Below the pieces are notes generated by a model. The model saw only the letters and a list, made by a program, of their open reading frames with translations, searched no databases and was not told the DNA's origin. Positions 7,946 through 13,998 of a DNA stretch of 13,998 nt are shown piece after piece; within the stretch, counting starts at the first letter, position 1, and every line of letters starts with the position of its first letter. The position numbers and the translations under genes were made by a program. Origin of the DNA: Candidatus Nanohaloarchaea archaeon (lineage in GTDB: Archaea; Nanohalarchaeota; Nanosalinia; Nanosalinales; Nanosalinaceae); the NCBI GenBank assembly GCA_046539225.1, contig JBKHHG010000019.1, forward strand, positions 1 through 13,998. The letters run 5' to 3'.

Positions 7946-8353
7946 TTACCTGGCGGAAAGGTTTACCTGATTTTTCCAGGCCTCTACTTCTACCTGTTGC
8001 TCGCCTTTCTTCATCGGGAGGGATGCGGTATTCAGCTCTGCGTCCACTATACGCGAAAAGTTCGAGGCTCTTCCCGATACATTCCGGGTGTACACAACTG
8101 AGTTACCGACTGTCCTGGCTTTTTCAATGGATGATGGTACCGAGATAGTTGCGGTGTCGCGGGCGGGCTCTCCCATGGCATCGACTCTTTCAATCTCCTG
8201 CTTTAAGTCGTCGAGGGAGGCCTGGAACCTGGAGAGTTCGGAGCTCTGCGATGTCTCGAACAGGCTGTCCTGTGACTGGATTATGAAAGGTGAGGCAAGC
8301 AGGGTCGCCATTGCCACGATCGTCACAAACTCCATCGAGCTCTGTGCCTTCAT
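7946..8353 (-). CDS. Minor pilin (class III signal peptide), paralog of 8350..8766
   Basis: MKA|QSSMEFVTIVAMATLLASPF. Confidence 0.87.
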   Translation of the reverse strand: MKAQSSMEFVTIVAMATLLASPFIIQSQDSLFETSQSSELSRFQASLDDLKQEIERVDAMGEPARDTATISVPSSIEKARTVGNSVVYTRNVSGRASNFSRIVDAELNTASLPMKKGEQQVEVEAWKNQVNLSAR

Positions 8354-8766
8354 GGTTCCGCCCTCGATATGTTTACCCTGTCACGGTAGGCCTCAACGTT
8401 CAAGGTGTATACTCCCTGCTCCGTCGGCATGTTTTCAGCGTTGATTTTCTGGTCGAATATCCTGGTGAAGTTGGCCTCCTCGCCTGATCTCTCCAGCGAG
8501 TAGGTGATTGCCCGGTCCTCTGAAACCTGGAAGTCTTCCATGTCACGAGTCAATCTAAGCTCTACCTGTTTCCTCGCCGGCTTATCCATCGCCCCTACCT
8601 TCCTGACCGTTCTCGCTACATCATCGAGAGAGGCCTGTATCTCCGCCACTTCGCTTCCGAACCCTATGTCGATCATCATGCTCTGGCTCTCCACAACGAA
8701 AGGTGCGGCAAGCACAAGCGCTATACCTACCACGGTTATGAACTCTACGGAGGCCTGCGCCTTCAT
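8350..8766 (-). CDS. Minor pilin (class III signal peptide), first gene of the operon
   Basis: Start revised to ATG 8766: MKA|QASVEFITVVGIALVLAAPF. The upstream 29 codons of the track ORF cover the promoter. Confidence 0.87.
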   Translation of the reverse strand: MKAQASVEFITVVGIALVLAAPFVVESQSMMIDIGFGSEVAEIQASLDDVARTVRKVGAMDKPARKQVELRLTRDMEDFQVSEDRAITYSLERSGEEANFTRIFDQKINAENMPTEQGVYTLNVEAYRDRVNISRAEP

Positions 8767-8865
8767 ACCTTTGTTTTTGGTCCACGGGTTAAAATGAGTT
8801 TGTCGATACCACCCTGAGATTACAACGCCCGATTTATATGGAGGCCGACGCAATTCAAAGGTATG
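8764..8865. repeat. Perfect 10-bp inverted repeat CATACCTTTG (8764-8773) / CAAAGGTATG (8856-8865)
   Basis: Read directly from the sequence; each arm contains the start codon of one of the divergent genes. Confidence 0.85.
8767..8862. promoter_or_regulatory. Divergent promoter between the minor pilin operon and ppsA
   Basis: TTTATA at 8833-8838 begins 30 nt before the ppsA ATG. Minus-strand TTTTAA (8794-8789) begins 28 nt before ATG 8766. Confidence 0.65.
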
Positions 8866-11400
8866 GGCACCGGCAACGTACTCTGGTTTAACGAGATCAA
8901 CGCGGACGACAAATCGAAAGTAGGCGGTAAAAGCGCAAACCTTGGAGAGCTGCAGAACCAGGTTGATGTACCGGTTCTACCGGGTTTTGCAACAACTGCA
9001 GAGGCCTACGACCGGTTTATACATGATACAGAGCTTAAAGACAAGATTGAAAGGATTTTAGATGATCTCGACAACGATGACGTGAAAGATCTCCAGATGC
9101 GTGGAGAACAGATCCGTGCCCATATTAAAGAAGCGGATATGCCCCAGGATCTGAAAGATGACTTCGCAGAGGCCTACGAACAGCTTGAGGAAAATCTTGG
9201 AGTAGAAAACCCTGAAGTAGCGGTTCGTTCATCCGCCACGGCCGAGGACCTTCCCGGAGCATCTTTCGCAGGCCAGCAGGAAACCTACCTGAACGTCTCC
9301 GGCAAGCAAGATCTTATCAAGAGGATCAAGGACTGTTTCGCGTCTCTTTTCACCAATAGGGCGATTTCATATCGTGAAGACAAGGGTTTCTCCCACTTCG
9401 ATGTTAAACTGAGCGCAGTAGTTCAAAAAATGGGTCGCAGCGATATCGGTGCTGCAGGCGTCATGTTCACCATGGATCCTGACTCAGGGTTCGACAACGT
9501 TGTAACAATCAATGGCAGCTACGGCCTGGGAGAATACGTCGTCCTGGGAGAAGTCAACCCTGACGAGTTCACCGTCTTCAAGGAGAACCTCGGCATTATC
9601 GAGAAGAACGTCGGAGAGAAAGAGGTTAAACTGGTTAGAAACAAGGATCATGAGCAGGGAGATGACCACGAAAACATAGAGGAAAAAGTGCCGAAGAGCG
9701 ACAGAGAAAAGTTCTGCATAACAGACAACCAGGTCCAGGAGCTTGCGAAATACGCCCTGAAAATCGAGGAGCACTACGGGAAGCCGATGGATATTGAATG
9801 GGTGCTGGACGGCGAAACGAAAGAGCTTTACATCGTCCAGGCAAGACCGGAAACAGTACAGGCAGAGAAAGACGAAAACGTGATCGAAGACCACAAGCTG
9901 AAAGAGGAGTCAGAAGTACTGCTTGAAGGAAGCGCGATCGGCTCCAAAATCGGCTCAGGCAAGGCCCACGTCCTCAACTCGCCGAAACAGATCGACCAGT
10001 TCGAAGAAGGAGAAGTTTTAGTAACAGACATGACGGACCCTGACTGGGAGCCGATCATGAAGAAAGCTGGCGCAATAATAACAAACAAAGGAGGAAGAAC
10101 CAGTCACGCAGCAATCGTATCCAGAGAACTCGGAGTACCGGCAGTAATCGGAACTGAGAACGCTACCTCGACTATAGCCGATAAGAAATCGGTGACAGTC
10201 GACTGTTCAAGTTCGACAGGAAAGATCTGGGATGGCGAGATCGAGTTTGAGGTGGAGGAGCACCATCTCGATGATATCCCTGAGACAGAGACCGATGTAC
10301 AGGTTAACATTGGGGAGCCAAGCGAGGTCTTCCACGTCGCTCAGCTACCGGTAGAAGGTGTAGGCCTTGCCAGGGAAGAGTTTATTATAAGCTCGCATGT
10401 AGGAGAACATCCTCTCAAGCTTATCGAAGAAGGACGCGAGGACGAATACGTCAGGGCTCTGCGTTCAGGCCTTGGAAAGATCGGGGCCGCATTCTATCCT
10501 GACCAGGTTGTTGTGAGGCTCAGTGACTTCAAGTCTGACGAGTACGCCGACCTAAAAGGCGGCGAAAACTATGAACCGGACGAGGCCAATCCTATGCTCG
10601 GGTTCAGAGGCGCCTCACGTTACTATGATCCTGAGTTCTCAAAGGCCTTTGAGCTTGAATGCAAGGCCTTGAGGCAGGCGATCGACGATCTCGAGCTTGA
10701 CAACTTTACCATAATGGTGCCGTTCTGCCGGACCGTAGAAGAAGGGAAAAATGTTCGGGCCAAGATGAAGGAGTACGGCCTTGACCAGGGCGATATCGAG
10801 GTCTACATGATGGCAGAGATCCCTACCAACATTATAAGAGCCGAGGAGTACGCGGAAGTATTCGACGGCTTCTCGATAGGGACAAACGACCTGACCCAGA
10901 TGACTCTCGGGGTCGACCGGAACAGCGACAAACTCAAGGACCTGTTCGATGAGAGAGATCCGGCGGTGAAGAAATCGGTGTCCAAGCTTATCGACAGAGC
11001 CCACAGAAAAAATAAACACGTTGGAATCTGCGGAGACGCACCTTCAACGCACGACGGCTACGCAGAGTTTTTAGTGGGCGAGGGTATCGACGCCATAAGT
11101 GTTTCACCGGATGTCGCACTTGAGACAATCCTGAAAGTAGCAGAGGCAGAAGAACAGAAACCAGAGGAAGAGTTCAGCGAAAGATTTTCACGCGAAAAGA
11201 TCGGGGAAGCCGCAGGGGAGATCTACGACGCGTTGAACGAGCACGGTGAGGCGAAGGCCTCAGCCCTGAAGGACTACACATCCCGTTTAAACGATTCGCT
11301 GAGGGAACAGGCGCTTGGATGGCTTGCAAGAGAGGAGAAAGTCGAGGTCGACCGGGATGAAGGCGAGGTAAAGTACAAACTGAAAGAAGAAAAGGCCTGA
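8863..11400 (+). CDS. ppsA: Phosphoenolpyruvate synthase (pyruvate,water dikinase) with C-terminal winged-helix extension
   Basis: VGGKSANLGEL, VAVRSSATAEDLPGASFAGQQETYLNV, PMDIEW, YIVQARPETV, phospho-His motif GGRTSHAAIVSRELG, EANPMLGFRGASRY, DGFSIGTNDLTQ, VGICG. Confidence 0.98.
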   Translation: MGTGNVLWFNEINADDKSKVGGKSANLGELQNQVDVPVLPGFATTAEAYDRFIHDTELKDKIERILDDLDNDDVKDLQMRGEQIRAHIKEADMPQDLKDDFAEAYEQLEENLGVENPEVAVRSSATAEDLPGASFAGQQETYLNVSGKQDLIKRIKDCFASLFTNRAISYREDKGFSHFDVKLSAVVQKMGRSDIGAAGVMFTMDPDSGFDNVVTINGSYGLGEYVVLGEVNPDEFTVFKENLGIIEKNVGEKEVKLVRNKDHEQGDDHENIEEKVPKSDREKFCITDNQVQELAKYALKIEEHYGKPMDIEWVLDGETKELYIVQARPETVQAEKDENVIEDHKLKEESEVLLEGSAIGSKIGSGKAHVLNSPKQIDQFEEGEVLVTDMTDPDWEPIMKKAGAIITNKGGRTSHAAIVSRELGVPAVIGTENATSTIADKKSVTVDCSSSTGKIWDGEIEFEVEEHHLDDIPETETDVQVNIGEPSEVFHVAQLPVEGVGLAREEFIISSHVGEHPLKLIEEGREDEYVRALRSGLGKIGAAFYPDQVVVRLSDFKSDEYADLKGGENYEPDEANPMLGFRGASRYYDPEFSKAFELECKALRQAIDDLELDNFTIMVPFCRTVEEGKNVRAKMKEYGLDQGDIEVYMMAEIPTNIIRAEEYAEVFDGFSIGTNDLTQMTLGVDRNSDKLKDLFDERDPAVKKSVSKLIDRAHRKNKHVGICGDAPSTHDGYAEFLVGEGIDAISVSPDVALETILKVAEAEEQKPEEEFSERFSREKIGEAAGEIYDALNEHGEAKASALKDYTSRLNDSLREQALGWLAREEKVEVDRDEGEVKYKLKEEKA

Positions 11401-11415
11401 AGGCCTCAAACCTTT

Positions 11416-11820
11416 TTATTTAAAATCTATTATTCTTTTATCTACTCTTTCGCCGTTGTGCTGTGTGACAACAGTGTAACGACCATTCAAGGGCTGTGTT
11501 GAGGCCTTGTAGACTCCTGTGGCGTAGCAGTTTTCTTCAAAGTTTTCAGGTTCTTGTTCATTCACTGACTTGACGTTTAACTTTACTGTGTCGCCTGAAC
11601 GGCTGTAGCTGTACCTCATGTCGGCCTCGGTTGACTGCACCGGGAAGAAACCCGAGTAGAAAAGCTTGTTATCCTTTACGGAGACCTGGAAGTCTTCGGC
11701 GCGGTCCTCTCTGCATTCGGTTTCAAGGTCTGTAAAGTTGATGTCTTCTTCAGCTGCCGCCAGAACTCCTGCCAGCCCAGCCATTAAGATTATCGCCGCA
11801 AACGCCCAGAACTTTGACAT
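11416..11820 (-). CDS. Small secreted hypothetical protein, beta-rich, two Cys
   Basis: MSKFWAFAAIILMAGLAGVLAAA signal peptide. ATG 11820 lies 30 nt from a minus-strand TTTAAA (11850-11845); GTG 11826 is an alternative start. Confidence 0.8.
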   Translation of the reverse strand: MSKFWAFAAIILMAGLAGVLAAAEEDINFTDLETECREDRAEDFQVSVKDNKLFYSGFFPVQSTEADMRYSYSRSGDTVKLNVKSVNEQEPENFEENCYATGVYKASTQPLNGRYTVVTQHNGERVDKRIIDFK

Positions 11821-11915
11821 ATTCACTATTGGGAGACAAAAGGATTTAAACTCTGGGTAGTGACAACCAGTATTGTTGAGGATTTATTAAGAAGTGAGCC
11901 CCAATCTTGGATGTA
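11821..11915. promoter_or_regulatory. Divergent promoter (secreted protein / minD)
   Basis: TTTAAA 11845-11850 (minus-strand gene) and TTTATTAA 11883-11890, beginning 33 nt before ATG 11916. Confidence 0.55.
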
Positions 11916-12698
11916 ATGAGTGACGCACGGATCATAGGCCTTATATCAGGGAAGGGTGGTGTAGGTAAGACCACCTTGACAGTCAACCTCGGTATAGGCC
12001 TGAAGCAGAGAGACGCCGAGGTAACGCTTGTAGACGCGGACTTCTCCGCAAGCAACCTTGGAGTCTACATGGGAAGGTACGACCACCCTGTAAAGATCCA
12101 GAAAGTTCTGCACGGCGAGGCCTCGGTCGAGCAGGCGATCTTCAGGCATCCGACAGGCGTAAAGGCGATCACCTCAAGCAACGAGATAAACCAGACCGAG
12201 CCAGATACCTCAAAGCTTAGAGAGATACTTGAAAAAGCCGGGGAAGGCTCCGACTACGTTCTCGTGGACTGCCCTCCAGGCCTGAACAACACGGTCGAAA
12301 CAATAATCGAGGCCTGCGACGAACTCATGATCGTGACGATGCCGACACAGACCTCAAGCCTGAACGCGGCCCAGATAATAGAGAAATCCAAGGATATGAG
12401 GAAGCCGATACTTGGCACAGTCCTCAACAAGATAGAAAACAACCCTGAAAAAGAACTTGTGGAACGCGAAGTCGAGATGATGACCGAAAGCCATATCCTG
12501 GGCAAGATCCCCTACGATGAAGAAATGAAGGAAGCCTTATTTGAAAACACTCCGCTCGTGCTCTACAACGAGTACAGCGAGGCCTCAATAGAGATACAGA
12601 GGCTTGCAGCCAACCTGGAAGGAGAACAGTTCGACGAACCCAGGTTTGCAAAGCTGAAAAGAGGCCTCAGAAACGTCAAGAAAAATATTTCACGTTAA
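11916..12698 (+). CDS. minD: MinD/ParA-family ATPase
   Basis: Deviant Walker A SGKGGVGKTT, LVDADF..SNL, DYVLVDCPPGL, G.VLNK, LG.IPYD, basic amphipathic C-terminus RFAKLKRGLRNV. ATG 11916 preferred over TTG 11907. Confidence 0.9.
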   Translation: MSDARIIGLISGKGGVGKTTLTVNLGIGLKQRDAEVTLVDADFSASNLGVYMGRYDHPVKIQKVLHGEASVEQAIFRHPTGVKAITSSNEINQTEPDTSKLREILEKAGEGSDYVLVDCPPGLNNTVETIIEACDELMIVTMPTQTSSLNAAQIIEKSKDMRKPILGTVLNKIENNPEKELVEREVEMMTESHILGKIPYDEEMKEALFENTPLVLYNEYSEASIEIQRLAANLEGEQFDEPRFAKLKRGLRNVKKNISR

Positions 12699-12863
12699 AG
12701 CCGCCATCACGGACGCCACACCCGCCAGGCCTAAAACAGCGAATGTCAGTGCTGCGGCTCCAGAGTACCTGAACCTTCCGTCTTCTTTCCTGTAGAGATA
12801 AGCTGTTAAAAACGCTGCCATTATTGAAAGCAGAAAAGCTGTGTAAGAACCGAGAAGTATCAT
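12690..12863 (-). CDS. Small membrane protein (57 aa, two TM helices)
   Basis: Manual translation: MILLGSYTAFLLSIMAAFLTAYLYRKEDGRFRYSGAAALTFAVLGLAGVASVMAALT*. Fills the gap, has the GTATG start context and a charged loop between two hydrophobic helices. Not in the ORF track. Confidence 0.72.
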   Translation of the reverse strand: MILLGSYTAFLLSIMAAFLTAYLYRKEDGRFRYSGAAALTFAVLGLAGVASVMAALT

Positions 12864-12888
12864 ACCGAAAGAGTGAAAAGATAAATAT

Positions 12889-13998
12889 TCAGTGGAGAGC
12901 GTCTCGGTGAAGCTTCAGGCCTGACTCCGTGTCGAACTCCTCGCCGCAGCTGTCGCAGACGAATACATCCGGATCCCCTGATTCTTCCTCGCCTTCTTCC
13001 TCTGAACTTTCATCACTTTCTTTATCTTCAGAGGCCTCTGAATCGGTTGAAGGCTCTCCCGAATCTTCTTTTACTTTTCCAGGGTCGACTTTCTGGGGTG
13101 AGACATCGGGTTTCTGGACCCTTCCGTTTCCAGCGGGTCTGTTCATCCCGTTCATCCTGCCATTCATTCTATCATCGCCGCCTTCCTTTCTCTTTCTGAC
13201 CGCGGCCGCAAGGATCACGCCGAAAACCAGTATAAGGCCGAGCGCAAGGTTCATATCGCTCTGGCTTTCGATGAACTCTCCTGTCGCCCTTGCAATATCT
13301 TCAGTCGATCCAAGATCTGAAGAGTTTTCCGAATCCGAATTAGAATCATTACTGCTTTCTTCACCCTCAAGATCTACATCCTCACTGAATGAAACAGAAG
13401 TAGTATCAGGACCTGCCTCCACATCCTCACCGTCTGAAACACCTGAGGCCTCAAAACTGATCGTCGGCGGCGACCTCAAATCCTCATCCAGATTCAAAGT
13501 CAAAACCACATCCTGAGAATCACCTGCGTCCAATGAATCAATACTCTCAGGACTTAACTCATAATCGCTTTCATCAACTCCCGAAACATCAAACTCAATA
13601 TCCTCTGCCGAGGCCTGACCAGTATTCTCAACACTGTACTCCACATCATAATCCTCACCAAGTGTTACCTCAGGACTGCTCTCAGAACTAACAGAAAGGC
13701 CTGTATCATAGAAGACTTCGATTGCCTCAGACTGGCTTTCCTCGAAGCTCTCGTAAGGATTCTTTTCGGCGGTGAACTCCACGTCATACATTCCGGCATC
13801 CTCAACATTGATGGAAACCTCAAACTCTCCGTCCTCACCCGTAGAGGCGTCCTCGCTGACTGAGTTGTCCTCGCTATTCAGGTCTAACTCTACATCGGCA
13901 TCCTCAACAGGATCCCCTGTATTATCATTGATCACATTTCCAGAGACGGTGATCTCGTCTCCAGAGGATACACTTGAACTGCTTACATCCAAACTATC
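12889..13998 (-). CDS. Membrane-anchored surface protein (Ig-like/CARDB-like domains, TM, acidic tail, C2H2 zinc finger); 5' partial
   Basis: The frame is open to the window edge. Ig-like segments (GDEITVSGNV....TGDPVEDADV, TGEDGEF; VENTGQASAEDI, IDSLDAGDS..V.LTL), TM NLALGLILVFGVILAAAV followed by RKRK, and terminal FVCDSCGEEFDTESGLKLHRDALH. Confidence 0.85.
   Translation of the reverse strand, partial: DSLDVSSSSVSSGDEITVSGNVINDNTGDPVEDADVELDLNSEDNSVSEDASTGEDGEFEVSINVEDAGMYDVEFTAEKNPYESFEESQSEAIEVFYDTGLSVSSESSPEVTLGEDYDVEYSVENTGQASAEDIEFDVSGVDESDYELSPESIDSLDAGDSQDVVLTLNLDEDLRSPPTISFEASGVSDGEDVEAGPDTTSVSFSEDVDLEGEESSNDSNSDSENSSDLGSTEDIARATGEFIESQSDMNLALGLILVFGVILAAAVRKRKEGGDDRMNGRMNGMNRPAGNGRVQKPDVSPQKVDPGKVKEDSGEPSTDSEASEDKESDESSEEEGEEESGDPDVFVCDSCGEEFDTESGLKLHRDALH

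Larger units (their letters stand above)
269..13702. repeat. Dispersed highly iterated palindrome AGGCCT (about 67 copies)
   Basis: Manual count; examples at 269, 424, 458, 919, 1350, 1452, 1646, 1999, 2218, 2305, 2604, 2767, 2866, 3333, 3882, 4886, 5464, 5526, 5606, 5653, 6194, 6208, 7925, 8751, 10643, 10664, 11393, 11401, 12278, 12310, 13697. Confidence 0.93.

Noticed and set aside
8767..8853. N-terminal extensions of track ORFs 8350..8853 and 7054..7569
   Set aside because: Class III signal peptides place the starts at 8766 and 7533; the extensions cover a promoter or the neighbouring gene.
9176..10361. AGGCCT-free stretches in mid-ppsA and in the major pilin gene (4892-5463)
   Set aside because: At one site per roughly 210 bp, gaps of this size among about 67 intervals are not clearly beyond chance; needs genome-wide data.
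13137..13172. Short imperfect tandem repeat encoding RMNGRMNGMNR
   Set aside because: Low-complexity coding repeat in a disordered tail; unit lengths are multiples of three, so no phase variation.
640..13516. Numerous antisense or alternative-frame ORFs in the track (e.g. 640..822, 1067..1345, 1880..2137, 3053..3370, 4057..4524, 4980..5351, 8088..8444, 9484..9894, 10639..11019, 12929..13516)
   Set aside because: They overlap well-supported genes, are S/F/L-rich mirror images of acidic coding strands and carry no recognisable motifs.
1..13998. Scarcity of CTAG (I noticed only about three) and mild excess of AAGCTT (about a dozen)
   Set aside because: CTAG avoidance is widespread and well known. 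The AAGCTT excess is modest and compatible with Lys-Leu/Glu-Ala/Ser-Phe codon use.
1..13998. CRISPR array, tRNA/rRNA, IS element, integrase or intein
   Set aside because: No regularly spaced repeats, no intergenic room or cloverleaf seen, no transposase/recombinase motifs, and PpsA is continuous without an intein-sized insertion.

Overview
Compact archaeal chromosome segment with a strongly acidic proteome, very short or overlapping intergenic spacers and apparently leaderless starts. It most resembles a DPANN/Nanohaloarchaeota genome (inferred from protein composition and gene style, not from a search). In order: 3' end of thrS; an orphan gene; the translation cluster rps19e, PDCD5-like, rpl39e, rpl31e, eIF6; a type IV pilus locus (two TadB/TadC/PilC-like platform genes and a probable major pilin on +, converging with six class III signal peptide pilin-like genes on -); PEP synthase; a small secreted protein; a MinD-family ATPase; a 57-aa two-TM protein missing from the ORF track; and the 3' part of a membrane-anchored surface protein ending in a C2H2 zinc finger. 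The strongest unexplained signal is the palindrome AGGCCT: about 67 copies by manual count versus about 3-4 expected, in all three reading frames and in intergenic DNA, resembling a HIP1-like iterated palindrome. Other notable points are a DUF2582-like winged helix fused to PEP synthase, an extra C-terminal domain on L31e, a His-less copy of a PEP-utiliser swivel-like domain inside the largest pilin-like protein, and a perfect 10-bp inverted repeat bracketing the divergent pilin/ppsA promoter.
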